In this document: one piece after another, positions 29,305-41,618 of the stretch
How the letters are laid out: every line of letters begins with the position of its first letter
Position numbering within the stretch: the first letter of the stretch is position 1
Assembly (NCBI GenBank): GCA_964016885.1
Contig: OZ024742.1
Location: forward strand, 321,904,001 to 321,968,000
Source of the DNA: Eledone cirrhosa
Taxonomy: Eukaryota
DNA: 64,000 nucleotides
Reading direction: 5' to 3'
Position numbers and translations under genes: made by a program
Notes under the pieces: model-generated
Told to the model about the DNA's origin: nothing
What the model saw: the letters and a program-made list of their open reading frames with translations, nothing else
Databases searched by the model: none

Positions 29305-31664
29305 TATATGGGAGCAGGATGTTAAACATAGTAACCAGGCAGTGTGGATTGAGACAGTACAAAAGGAGATTAGTGAACAGGCACACCAACAAACTGATTT
29401 GAGTATCACAGTTGAAACTCTTAAGGGGCAGGCCAAAAAACTAACCAACTGGAAATCACCAGGCCCAGATGGTGTGCAGGGGTATTGGATTAAAAATATA
29501 ACATCCCCCCACCCGAAACTGACAACCATGTTCAATGACTGCTTGATGTCAGGTGAGGTACCAGAGTGGTTGACAAAAGGTACCACAGTTCTGATAATGA
29601 AAGACCGAATCAAGGGTAATGATGTTACCAACTATATACCTATCACATGTCTGTCCGTAATGTGGAAACTGTTGACAAGCATTATGTCTGAGGAAATCTA
29701 CCATCACCTCCACACAAACAACTTGTTACCGGATGAACAGAAAGGATGCCGAAAGAAGTCCCGTGGTACAAAGGACCAGTTACTTATTGATAAGATGGTA
29801 ATGAAGAATTGCAAGAGGAGACACACTGGTCTTGCCATGGGATGGATAGACTACAAAAAGGCATTTGACATGGTGCCTCATTCTTGGATCACCAAAAGCC
29901 TGGGGATCTTCAGAGTGGCAGATAACATCAGACAGTTGTTGGGCAAAAGTATGAAGTCCTGGGAGACAGAGTTAACATCAACTGGAGAATCCTTGGGAAG
30001 CGTGAAGATCAAGAGAGGTATCTTCCAGGGAGATAGTCTGTCCCCTCTGTTGTTTGTCCTTGCCCTGATGCCCCTGACCAGTGTACTGCGAAAAGTAAGA
30101 GCAGGATACAGGTTGGGAAAGAGAGGGCTTGCCATCAATCACCTCCTCTTCATGGACGATCTTAAGCTCTTCGGGAAGAGTGCGCAGGAGTTGGATGTGC
30201 TTGTTGACACTGTCCGTATTTTCACCAATGATATATGTATGCAATTTGGTATTAGTAAGTGTGGAGTCATTGTGATGAAGAGGGGTAGGTTGAGCAGAAG
30301 TAACGGGATCCAGATACCAACAGGTGAGATGATAAAGGAAATTGACTCTGAGGAAGGATACAAGTATTTGGGCGTTCTGGAGGCTGATGGCATAAAGAAC
30401 AAAAAAATGAAGGAATTGTTAAGAGCTGAATACATTCGGAGAGTAAGGAGCGTATTGAAGTCACATCTGAACAGCAGAAATGCCATAAGCGCAGTAAATT
30501 CCCGAGCTGTGTCTATTATTAGGTACAGTGCGGGAATTCTGAGATGGAATGTTGCTGAACAAAAAGAAATGGATAGGAAGACTAGGAAGCTATTGACTAT
30601 CTACAACATGTTCCACAAGAGGAGTGATGTCGATAGACTCTACTTAAGGAGATCTGAAGGTGGAAGAGGTCTTATCAGCATAGAGGACTGTGTTCAGATG
30701 GAGAAAAACAACCTACACAAATACGTGACCTATAGTAAGGAGCCAATGCTCAGAACTGTACTGAAGGAGGGGACAATAGGCCAGGGGATGTCCAAGGAGG
30801 AAATAACATCAAGGAGAAAGAGCAGCCTTCAGGAAAAATCCCTTCATAGTACCTTCTTTGAGAAAACTGAATTTAGAGATCCACAGACATGGAACTGGTT
30901 GAAAAGAGGAGACCTTAAAAAGGCTACAGAAGGAATGTTAATGGCTGCGCAGGAGCAGGCCCTCAAAACGAAGTGGTTGAAACACCATATTTACAAGGAG
31001 GAGGCTAGCCCACTGTGCAGGATCTGTGGAGAGAGATAGGAGACTGTGGCTCACATTGTATCCGAGTGTAAACACCTAGCCCAGACTCACTATAAGGGCT
31101 GGAGACATGATGTGATGGGCAGGGTGATCCACTGGCACCTATGCAAAGCAAACAATTTACCACATTCTGAGAAGTGGTATGAGCATCAGCCAGAGGCGGT
31201 GATAGAAAACGATCAGGTGAAGGTGCTGTAGGATTTTAGGATACAGACGGACAAGAAACTGGAACACAATAGACCTGACCTGGTGGTTTGGGACAAGGAA
31301 AAAAGATCGTGTCTGATTGTGGATGTAGCCTGCCCTTTCGACACGAGAGTGCAAGAGAAGGAGAGGGAGCAAATTAACCGATACCAGGACCTAAAGTGGG
31401 AGGTGAAAAGGATTTGGAACTGCCATGAAGTCAAAGTGATCCCGATTGTCATAGGCGCACTGGGGACTATCTCCAAAAGTTTCCAGGGATGGTTAAAGAA
31501 AATCGGCCCCTTCACGCTTTTTGGAACGCTTCAAAAGGCATGCTTGCTGGGAACAGCAAGAACCCTCCGATACGTCCTGAATATCTGAGGCTGCAGGTAG
31601 TGGCTTGATATTCATTCCAACGGACTTTCCAGTTAACCAACATCAATGACTGAAATTCAAAGAG
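29305..31664 (+). mobile_element. R4/Dong-clade copy, 5'-truncated, inverted relative to the 25510-28972 copy
   Basis: Protein nearly identical to the minus copy; TAG stops at 31037 and 31229; (AAT)n tail. Confidence 0.93.
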
Positions 31665-31956
31665 TAATAACAACAATAATAATAATAATAATAATGATTT
31701 CTTTATTAACCACAAGGGTTTACATAAAGTAGACATTAAGGACAGTGCAGGACAATGCAGGACGGTACAAATGGGCATTTCTGCGTGTAAAAAACAAAAA
31801 CAGAGGATGTAACAAAAATAACAATGAAAATAACAATGAAAAATTCCCCAATAGGGGGGAGACTTCGGAGGGACATTTGTGGAGAAAGCCCAGTAAAAAG
31901 CCACAATGACCCTGACCACCAAGGCAAGTGCCCTCTCCCAGTTTTCCACCTTTAAT

Positions 31957-34900
31957 TTACAGATATATACTCAGAGTAGGCCCATTCACTCGGGCCATTC
32001 TTGCTTCTCTCACCCATCTTTCAACAAAATGCTGGGAAGAGAGCACTTCCCTCTCTACTCTGATTTTCCTTTTCAAATGAAATTTGAAAAAGTCAATCAG
32101 AGCATTACCGAAGAGGTAAGTGCTCGTCTTCAGCCCTTTCAAACGTGTCCACCATACTATCTCTTTCGCCATGGCCACCAGACAGATAAAAACTGCCTGC
32201 CCTTCCCGGCTAAAGGAGGAGGGCGGGGCAATCCTCACGATGGACTCAGATGATAGCCGGATCCGTCCTAAACGCGACAGCAGGTGTTCGACATAAACCC
32301 ACAAGTCAGCAATTTTCGGACACTGGACGAGTGCGTGCAGGACGGTTTCGTCGCCCTGCGCGCATCTCGGACATGCCCGGCTGACGGCACCTCCATGCCT
32401 GTAGAGTTTATCCCGAACTGGCAAGGCTCCTCGGTAGCACTGCCAGGCCAGAGATTTCTGGAAGTTGTCCATAGGCCCCGGCCCGAAAGTTCTTCCGAAG
32501 AGATTGGCTAGTTGATTTTCGTCGACGCCTAGAGTTTCCCCAAGTACGTCGTCGCTCTTACCCCCCACTAATCCTCTATAGAACGCCGAGGTGGAGTTTC
32601 CACCGATCACATTGCCCGATTGGTCGAGGGCTGTGAGCGCCTGAAGACATTCCAGTCTCCAGGCGCTCCCTCTCGGTCTTCGCTTGACACAGGACTGCAG
32701 CTCCGTCAAGGAAACGAGCTGGGGAAATACGCGCCTAGCAAACGGCGACCACACCTGATCACCGTCGAGGAAGAGGTGGAGATGTCGTAGCCTGAGCGCG
32801 TGCCTGCGCATCATCAGCCACGGCATGCCCAGCCCTCCACGTAGCGGGTGTTGACAACAGATGGACCGCCTGACCATCGGAGCACGTCTCTTCCACAAAA
32901 AGCGAAAGAGCAAACGCTCCAGCGCAGTCAAGCGAGGCTTAGGACAAGATACGACGGTCAGGCGGTAGCAGATGACAGACGCGATGTACGCGTTAGCCAC
33001 CTCCGCTCGACCTTTCAGGGATAGCTTCCTCTCCGCCCATTTCTGGGTGAGAGAAGCCACCCTGCTCGTCACCTCGTCCCAGTTTTTGTCCGTCTGGAGG
33101 TCCGGACCGAACCAGACCCCTAGCAATTTAACCGGTCCGTCCGTCCAGCGTCCGACGACGCTGTTGGACGGCATGGACCTGCCTCTCCAGGTGCCGAGCT
33201 GCAGGCCCACTGACTTTTCCTGGTTGATCATTGCTCCTGTCACCGCTTCGTATTCTCTTAGTGTAGTGCCGATCGCCTCGATGTGTTTGGCGTTCGACAC
33301 CACTACGGTGACATCGTCCGCATATGCTGACACGGATCTTCCGCATCCTAGTTCGCGCGGGACTCCCCTCAACGTCTCCAGTTTGTGCAGTAATGGCTCG
33401 AGAGTCAATACGTACAAGAGGGACGAGAGGGGACATCCTTGGCGGACCGAGCGCATGATGTTGAACGGTTCCGACAGGTGACCGTTCACTCTCACCACAG
33501 AGCAGATGTCGCTGTGCATGGCAGCGATCCAGCCTCTGAAGACGGGCCCAAAGCCAGCCGCCCTCAGGACTGCCGCTAGGTAACGATGGTCGACCCTATC
33601 GAAAGCTTTCGACTGATCTAAATTGATCAAGGACCCACCCGTGCCAGGTTCCCTAGCTACCCTCTCTACGATGTATCGCATGAGGTGGAGGTTGTCGTGG
33701 ATGGATCTGTCGGGAATGGCGCATGTCTGCGCCTCTCCCACCAGACCACCAACGACAAGCGCCAACCTCTTTGCTAGCACCTTGGCCAAAATCTTAAACT
33801 CTGTGTTTAGCAGAGTTATGGGCCGGAAATTTTCTATGTTATCCCCCTTGTTCGGATCCTTTCTCAGCAGTGCCACCGCTCCTCGGCTCACAGAACTGGG
33901 AATTCTCCCGTTCTGTTGCCAGTTGCAGTAGACGTCCGCCAAGAGGCCTCCGAACAAGTCTGGCATCTGTACGTAAAGTTCATAGGGCAGACCATCCAAA
34001 CCAGGCGATTTATCCCTTGTGCAGCCAGTCATTGCCTCCCTTACTTCAGCGGCTGTTATCGGCTTTTCGCAACACTTCGCCTCAGTGGCCGAGAGCCGCG
34101 GCAGTCCGTCGAGGTAGACACTAAAGTCCATCCCTCTACCCGGCCCACCGCTGCCCCCGAACAGCTGAGCGAAGTGTCGCTGAAAAGCTTCACACATTTG
34201 CCCGGGATCGAGTAGCATGCGCCCGTCGTGGTCCACCAAAGACCGGATCGTGGCTTTGTTGCCACGACGCGCCTCCGCCACTCGGGCCCATTGAACGGCT
34301 TTCGTCCCCTCGTGTCTGAGAGCACGCACCCTTGCTCTGACAACGCAGCCTTCGTGCTTTGCATTGAAGAATTGGTCTAGGGCCAATTTCGCCGCAAGCA
34401 CGTCGGTCGCAATGCCTTTGCTAAGCGCCTCGTCTAATTTTCTAACTAGTTCTCCCTCTGCTCTATTTTTCTCTATTGCTAAAGCCTTACTAAACCTAAT
34501 CGATTCTATTCTAATCGCTCTTTTCAGAGCAAACCACCACTTGTTGTTGACGATGGCCCCCGTCAACGCCCGCTTAACTAGTTCGCTAATCCGGTCTCTG
34601 TAGGCCTTGCGCGCTGGTAAGGACGCGTTTAGCTTCCAGTAGCCGGGTCCTCGTCTATGAAGCCTATCTAAGTCAAGCACACAGATCACGAATTTGTGGT
34701 CCGTGTAGCTGACTATCTTGAATTGTGGACAGCCTATGCTAGACCTATCTATTTCCCTACAAAATACTCTATCTAGATATGATCTGAATGACCCTATGCG
34801 GTTTGTCCAAGTCCACATTGGCACATTCGGGAAATCCAATCGGTACCTGTCAGACAGTTCAAAACGCCTGAGCAGGTTGGTGAGGTTCTTGCACCCTCCA

Positions 34901-35376
34901 CCCCTATCCGCTAATCCCACACAGTCCCAGCGTGCATCTAAGATCCCGTTCCAGTCGCCCACTAACACTAAAGAGCGGGACGTTCCAAGAAAGGTCTCCA
35001 GACGCCGGAAGAAATCAGGCCGCCCTGCTCCTGTCGGGGCATAGACGGCCACTAGCCTGAAAGCTTGCCCGTCTCCGCTGGTCACGTCCAGCACCACCAG
35101 CTTACCCTCTGGGTCCAGGAAGATGGCCCGTATGGCGAGATCCAAACCTCTCCGAAAAAGCACAGCAACTCCTCCCCCCGATCCAGGACGGCTGGGAGAT
35201 GCGTACACATCGTAGCCGCCGAAGATCGGTGCGAAGGCCCGTGCTTCGGAGATTCTGGTCTCGCTGATGGCCACTACATCTATGTTTAGTGACCTGAGGT
35301 CGTTGAGCAGGTGACCCTGCTTCCATGACGACCCCAAGCCACGCGCATTTATGCTGCCTATTCTGAGTGAGGTCAT
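31957..35376 (-). CDS. Tx1-like ORF2: AP endonuclease + reverse transcriptase + zinc finger, 1139 aa, uninterrupted
   Basis: SINARGL, ISET, VYAP, GDWN, YLDR, TDH (APE); KSPGLDG, FRPITLLN, SKAFDRV, RQGCPLS, AYADD (RT); CPRC..HALVQC. Confidence 0.97.
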   Translation of the reverse strand: MTSLRIGSINARGLGSSWKQGHLLNDLRSLNIDVVAISETRISEARAFAPIFGGYDVYASPSRPGSGGGVAVLFRRGLDLAIRAIFLDPEGKLVVLDVTSGDGQAFRLVAVYAPTGAGRPDFFRRLETFLGTSRSLVLVGDWNGILDARWDCVGLADRGGGCKNLTNLLRRFELSDRYRLDFPNVPMWTWTNRIGSFRSYLDRVFCREIDRSSIGCPQFKIVSYTDHKFVICVLDLDRLHRRGPGYWKLNASLPARKAYRDRISELVKRALTGAIVNNKWWFALKRAIRIESIRFSKALAIEKNRAEGELVRKLDEALSKGIATDVLAAKLALDQFFNAKHEGCVVRARVRALRHEGTKAVQWARVAEARRGNKATIRSLVDHDGRMLLDPGQMCEAFQRHFAQLFGGSGGPGRGMDFSVYLDGLPRLSATEAKCCEKPITAAEVREAMTGCTRDKSPGLDGLPYELYVQMPDLFGGLLADVYCNWQQNGRIPSSVSRGAVALLRKDPNKGDNIENFRPITLLNTEFKILAKVLAKRLALVVGGLVGEAQTCAIPDRSIHDNLHLMRYIVERVAREPGTGGSLINLDQSKAFDRVDHRYLAAVLRAAGFGPVFRGWIAAMHSDICSVVRVNGHLSEPFNIMRSVRQGCPLSSLLYVLTLEPLLHKLETLRGVPRELGCGRSVSAYADDVTVVVSNAKHIEAIGTTLREYEAVTGAMINQEKSVGLQLGTWRGRSMPSNSVVGRWTDGPVKLLGVWFGPDLQTDKNWDEVTSRVASLTQKWAERKLSLKGRAEVANAYIASVICYRLTVVSCPKPRLTALERLLFRFLWKRRAPMVRRSICCQHPLRGGLGMPWLMMRRHALRLRHLHLFLDGDQVWSPFARRVFPQLVSLTELQSCVKRRPRGSAWRLECLQALTALDQSGNVIGGNSTSAFYRGLVGGKSDDVLGETLGVDENQLANLFGRTFGPGPMDNFQKSLAWQCYRGALPVRDKLYRHGGAVSRACPRCAQGDETVLHALVQCPKIADLWVYVEHLLSRLGRIRLSSESIVRIAPPSSFSREGQAVFICLVAMAKEIVWWTRLKGLKTSTYLFGNALIDFFKFHLKRKIRVEREVLSSQHFVERWVREARMARVNGPTLSIYL

Positions 35377-35411
35377 GTTTAAAATAGAGTGGAAAAGATG
35401 GGAAAGACCAC

Positions 35412-37522
35412 TTACCGTACTTTTGGTAGAGGAGGGATGGTTTTTACATCCCTTTTCACTTGATCGTCTGGTGAAGGGACCGTTGAATCGTCCCTTCGGC
35501 TGGTCGTCGGCTCTTCTAAGAGAATGTCTGAATATACTCTTCGATTGATGGTTCCTCCTAGGTCCCTGAAATCACCAACTGCGTTGGGGAATTTCGTTTT
35601 AATGTTTGTGTATTGTTTCTGTGCTATTTTTAGCAGTCTTATGTTAGTTGGCGTTTTGATTGGCGCTGGCATTATGTAGTCCTGTTGTGAAATGTCTGTG
35701 TGTTCAATTATGTAAGTCATTAGTTTCTTGTTGTGTGTATTTATTGCCGTGCATTTGTTTTTCTGGGGGTGGGGTGGGGTTCTGCTATTTTCTTGTCGTT
35801 GTTGCTGGGTGTGTGTGTTTTGTTGTTGTGTTTGCGATGTTGGTGCTTGTGGTGGTGGTGTTGAAGGTGTTGTTGGCGGTGGGGTTGTCGCCGGTGGTGA
35901 TGGTGGTGCTAGTGTGGGTGGTGATGGTGTTGGTGGTGTTGCTGCTGTGGGTCTCTTTGCAGTAGACTTTACCCTTTTCTCATTTCTTTCCTCCCTTTTC
36001 AAAGGCGACGATGCGCTGCTTCTGCGTTTGTGCCTTCTTACGACCTTTTGCCATCCCTCTCCCACCTCACACTCCATGTCTGATTCTGTGAGGTCGGGGA
36101 GGGGTACCAGCTCCACTCTTTCACTTGTTGTTGTTGGTGATGTTTGCACTGGAGTCTCTGTTGCAGCTGCATTTGGTATTGCTGTTGTTGTTGTTAATAT
36201 TTCCACTGCTGCTGCTGTTTTTGATTTCCGTGGCGTGGGTATGGGTGCCACGGACCTATCGTTCCTGGTTGCCGCTTGTCCTGTTGCTGGTAGCCGTGGA
36301 GCCGGTTTCGGAAGGAGGGGGGGCGGGGGTTCTCCTTTCTCAGGGTCTTCTCGTTGCAGAAGGCCCTGAGGTGAGTCTTCGATCCACAGCGAAAACATTT
36401 CGGGCGTTTGCCCTCAACACTTATGGGCAGTTGAGTGCCGTTATCGAAGTCTATCACATCCGGGATAGCTTCGATGCACTCCTGGTTGGTTTGGATTAAC
36501 ATCTCAATGGAGGTGCCGACCCAATCTTCTCTTACTTTTTTCTGTACTTGCAGTACAGTTGTTTTGTCCTCGATTCCGACGAGGACAGACGCGGCCAGCC
36601 AAGAAGGGGCCATCCCGGTGAGGATGTGGGTCAGTTTGACCCTCACGATTTTTTGCCCTCAGTAGGAGGGCACCAACACCATTTCCTCGCTCCTTAGGGT
36701 CACTACGGATTGAGCCTTTGCCTCCTGGGGTGTGGCAAATAGTACGTCTACGGTGGCATATTTCTTGCCTCGGGTGATGTGCGTTTTCCGCTGCCACACA
36801 GACCCCAAGGCTTTTTGTATTTGAGCCTCTGTGGCTCTTTCAACCCTACGGGATTTTGTACTTACTGTACGATACGTGACCGTACAGTGCTGCTGGGTTT
36901 CGAAAATTTTTTCCGCTGCCTTGCAGATTGCTCGGTGACGAGTTTTTGTCACCATCTTCTTCGCTTCCTCTAATTCCTCATTTGTTATGAGGATTGTTTC
37001 CAGGTTCTTCGCGATACCTGCAAACGAGATTGGTTTTTCTTTGCTGCTGTTGTTGTTGTTGTTGGCGTCAGAGCTGCTGTTACTTTTGTTGTTGCTGCAG
37101 GTACTACGACTACTGCCGCCGCCGCTGTTGCTGTGGTTGTTGTTGTTGTTGCTGCTGCTAATGCTGTTGTTGTTTATGCTGCTGCTGATGCTGTTGCGGC
37201 TGCTACTGTTGTTTTCATTGTCACTGTTGCTGTTGTTATTACGGCTGCTACTGCTATTATTCCTGACGTCAGACGAATGAAATGGGTTTTCGTATTTCCC
37301 GCACACCTTTTTCGTCGTTGTCGTCGTCGTCGTGGAGAAATCTTGCACGCTTTGCACGAGACTTTTCTTTTCTGTCGTCGCTTGCGAAAGAGAAGGGAGG
37401 GAGAGAGACACATTTAAAGAAGGGAGGGAGAGAGACAATCTTTTCTCTGCTGTAGTGACGATTGAGGAAGAAGAAGACGGAATGAGTGGGAATGACCTAT
37501 GAAAATTCTTTTTCGTAGCCAT
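35412..37522 (-). pseudogene. Tx1-like ORF1 (gag-like, CCHC knuckle), with an in-frame TGA at 36659-36661 and a probable frameshift near 36320-36360
   Basis: ATG at 37522; ORFs 36659-37522 and 36194-36646 are in one frame; CFRCGSKTHLRAFC; Pro/Thr-rich tail in another frame. Confidence 0.8.
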
Positions 37523-37741
37523 GTTGTTGTTTTTTGTTTAAAATATAAATATTGGGCACAAAACCCCAATAAGCAGTTATTTAACCCCGAAGGGCCAAAT
37601 AACGGGCAGAAAGACCCCTCTCGCGAGGAGGAGGGTGTTTTTGTCTACAAGTTGGTTAAAGTTTTAAACAATTTACAATTGTTATAGCGTTCAAAATTTA
37701 CAATACCTTACAGAGCCGAGCCTCCGTCAACCATAGCATTC

Positions 37742-37783
<42 letters not shown>

Positions 37784-37785
<2 letters not shown>

Positions 37786-38035
37786 TTTCTTTATTAACCA
37801 CAAGGGTTTACATAAAGTAGACATTAAGGACAGTGCAGGACAATGCAGGACGGTACAAATGGGCATTTCTGCGTGTAAAAAAAACATAAACAGAGGATGT
37901 AACAAAAATAACAATGAAAATAACAATGAAAAATTCCCCAATAGGGGGGAGACTTCGGAGGGACATTTGTGGAGAAAGCCCAGTAAAAAGCCACAATGAC
38001 CCTGACCACCAAGGCAAGTGCCCTCTCCCAGTTTT
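37784..38035 (-). repeat. Direct copy of the Tx1 3' UTR (31696-31945) immediately upstream of the element's 5' end
   Basis: About 250 bp identical except a 2-nt indel and one substitution; has its own (ATT)n tail. Confidence 0.95.
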
Positions 38036-38659
38036 ATAATGGTTTCTTTATTGACCAAAGGGCTGACATGAAGAAAAACATTACAGACGGCATAATAATA
38101 ATAATAATAATGACGACGAAGACGATGATGATGATGATATGATGATGATGATGGTGATGATGATAATGATTGTTATTGTGATGATGAATGTAATGACGAC
38201 CATGGTAATGTTAACTATGATTGTTTTTGTTTTGTTACTAGTATGACAGATGGGAGGTCACTTAAGGGAGAATCGATTATAAGATATAACAGTAAATAAA
38301 GCATTAAAAAACAGTCAACAAAAGTATAAGGCCTATCAAACAGTGGCAGATGAAATGGGGGTTGGTTGTCGGTTGACTGGGGTTTAACTGGGCGGCAGCC
38401 AGGAGCCCATGATAGTTCTATCCATTCTGGCTATCAAGGACAGTCAACTAGGACCAATCAAGGACTCCCCCCCCCCCTATATATGTCTATACTATCAAAG
38501 TAGCCCGTTGTAATCGAGCAATTTCACCATAGAATGCCGTTCTTTCAATTTGTTTTTATTCCATGTTAGGCCATGCCTCCCCCGTGCCTCATCTGCCGTT
38601 ACTTATTCCATGTGACCCGTCCCCACGAATCGTCAATCGTCCCCAATGTGGTTTCTATG

Positions 38660-38775
38660 TAAAACGGACTTGAGCAACACGAAATAAAGTGTCTTGTTCA
38701 AAGACACAACGTGCTGCTGGAAATCGAACTCACAACCTTACGATTGTGAGCCGAGTAACCTAACCACTAAGCCAC
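38660..38775 (-). mobile_element. SINE head fragment (tRNA-like)
   Basis: gaaataaagtgtcttgttcaaa..aatcgaactcac is shared with 54875-54940; A and B boxes on the minus strand. Confidence 0.6.
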
Positions 38776-39300
38776 GTTGCAACGAAAAGTTATACACGCT
38801 TTAATTCAAAATCGAAAGACGGGCAGAAGAGCGTTTTGACGGACGATGAAAAACCATTCTAACCAACTAATTTCATTGGCTGTTACCTTTTAACTCTGCT
38901 CATTAATGGATATTTTCGTTGTGTGTTTTTTTTTCCTTTTATTCTTTTCGGAATTAGGAACTCCGTGTACCCAAAAGCCTTCTCCTTGGGATGCAAATTT
39001 CGAAAAACAAGCCCGCTTTTCTCTAGAAAGCACCGTTTCGGAACCATTCAGCTACATACACACATACTCTCTCTAATTTATAGTAGATATTTACGGGTGT
39101 ATCTGTATACATAAACACACACATACACACACGCAGACCCACACACGCACGCACGCACACATACACACGGACAGGCACACACACTCACACACACACACAC
39201 ATATATATATATATCCACCACCACCACCCCACTTTCAAGAGCGTGAACCTAATAAAATTTTATTTGTACTGCCTCTCTGTTTTTGTTCCCGTCCAAGTTT

Positions 39301-39476
<176 letters not shown>

Positions 39477-40008
39477 AGACAGACAGACTAACAGACAGAT
39501 AGATAGATATAGATAGATAGATAGATAGATATATAGATAGATATATAGGTAGGTAGATAGATAATGTGGATACAGTGTTACGAAATAAAAGGACATTTCG
39601 AACATTAATCAATTCTGTACATGTGTGTGTGTGTGTGGGTGTGTGTGTGTGTGTGTGTGTGGAGGGGGGTTATACAGTTCGTATACTCAATCTTTCACAC
39701 ATACAATACACACACGCACACACACACACACTCACACACACACTCACACACACATCACACATCAAGAAACAAAACAATAACCTCTATGTCTCACACCTCT
39801 GCATATTTAACCCATTATACCTCTATACTTTTATACCTTTATTCCTCTATACTGTTATACTACAATAGCTCATCCGGCTCGGGAATTATATTCTCACGGA
39901 TACCGAAAACATTTGGTGACAATGGCAAATGGAATGGGTAAATATTTAAATTATATATTTTAATTTATTTAAAAAAATTGTTTGAATCTTACTTTCTCCG
40001 CTTATTTC

Positions 40009-40060
<52 letters not shown>

Positions 40061-40062
<2 letters not shown>

Positions 40063-41316
40063 TGATAATGACACTTGGGTAAAAATATCTAACCCAGAGA
40101 GCCCATTCGATGTCTCAATGGGCTCTTATGACAGTGCTGATGTTTGTGATTTGGTCGGCCTATTCCTCCTACATACACTTAAAGAAAAATTTCCTAACCA
40201 TATTTGGGGGCTTTATCGCGACGATGGTCTAATACTTTCCCATACCACCATAGGCCATAACTTAGATAGATTAAGGAAAGACTTAATAAAAACCTTCGCT
40301 AGTTTTAATCTTAAAATTACTATTGACACTAACCTCTCCAGTGTAGATTTCCTAGATATAAACCTAGATTTGCCTACAGCTTCTTATAAACCATACCATA
40401 AACCTAATGAAAACTTAAAATATATAAATAAAGGCTCTTGCCATCCTCCTATAATTTTTAAAAACCTTATCACTAATATTAGCCGTAGGATCTCCACCCT
40501 CTCTTCCTCAGAAGCTATTTTTAATAAGGCATCCCCCTACTATAATAAAGCCCTCCAAAATAGCGGTTTTAGCGAACCGATTAAATACATACCCAACTAT
40601 ACTAACTCTATTAAACATAAAAACAGGAAAAGAAAAATAATCTGGTTCACACCCCCTACTCTCTAGCAGTGAAAACTAATGTAGGCAAAAAATTCCTAGA
40701 GCTCCTAGATAAACATTTCCCTAGAACACATAGATACTATAAGATCTTTAATAGAAACTGTGTCAAAATTAGCTATTCCTGGGGTCCCCCTATTAAGTCC
40801 TATATCATCAACAAAAAATCACCTAGAGAAAATCAAAATTGCTCCTGTAGAATCAAAAGTGAATGCCCATTACAAGGTAAATGCAACACCAAAGCTATGA
40901 TATATGCGGCTCAAGTGACAACCATCAGCAACAACCATCCAGCCACCAGTGAACGATATGTGGGTATGACGCAAGACAAATTCAAAACGCGTTATTACTC
41001 ACATGTCGCATCCTTTCGACATCCAGAAAAAAGATTTACAACAGCTCTGGCTAGCAGAATTTGGGATTTGAAAGACCAATGCATCCAATATAAATTGGAT
41101 TGGTCAATTTTGAACCAATCTAAAGAATATGCAAGAGGAACAAGAAAATGCACGCTCTGCATAAATGAAAAATATTGGATATTGCAAAATATTAAATCAC
41201 CAAAGACCTGCCTGAACACAAAGACGGAAATTTTCACCAGTTGCCCACACATGAAATCACACCTGCTTTCCAGCTCATATAAACTTAACACACTTTCAGA
41301 TACTTATCCTCCATAA
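40061..41316 (+). pseudogene. PLE RT thumb + GIY-YIG ORF, frameshifted at ~40655
   Basis: ORFs 40118-40666 and 40669-41316 are in different frames around WFTPP. Confidence 0.85.
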
Positions 41317-41386
41317 ACTCTTATTATTCTCTTTATAATTACCCTTTCTAATTTACTTTCATTTTTATCCTTATTATTAATTTCAT

Positions 41387-41587
41387 TTATTTTTATTTTT
41401 ATTTTTATTTTTATTTTTATTTTTATTTTTATTTTTATTTTTATTTTTATTTTTATTTTTATTTTTATTTTTATTTTTATTTTTATTTTTATTTTTATTT
41501 TTATTTTTATTTTTATTTTTATTTTTAATTTTATTTTTATTTTTATTTTTATTTTTATTTTTATTTTTATTTTTATTTTTATTTTTA

Positions 41588-41618
<31 letters not shown>

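Larger units (their letters stand above)
31696..37741 (-). mobile_element. Full-length Tx1-clade (L1 superfamily) LINE flanked by (ATT)n on both sides
   Basis: 5' UTR, ORF1, ORF2, and a ~260-bp 3' UTR ending gtggttaataaagaaatc(att)n. Confidence 0.93.

Noticed and set aside
32284-36500. Plus-strand ORFs antisense to Tx1, and similar ORFs antisense to the Dong copies
   Set aside because: Shadow ORFs of the real coding strand
31696-38035. LTR retrotransposon reading of the 250-bp direct repeats
   Set aside because: No TG..CA ends, PBS, protease or integrase; the protein is an APE-RT LINE ORF2 and the repeats end in simple-repeat tails
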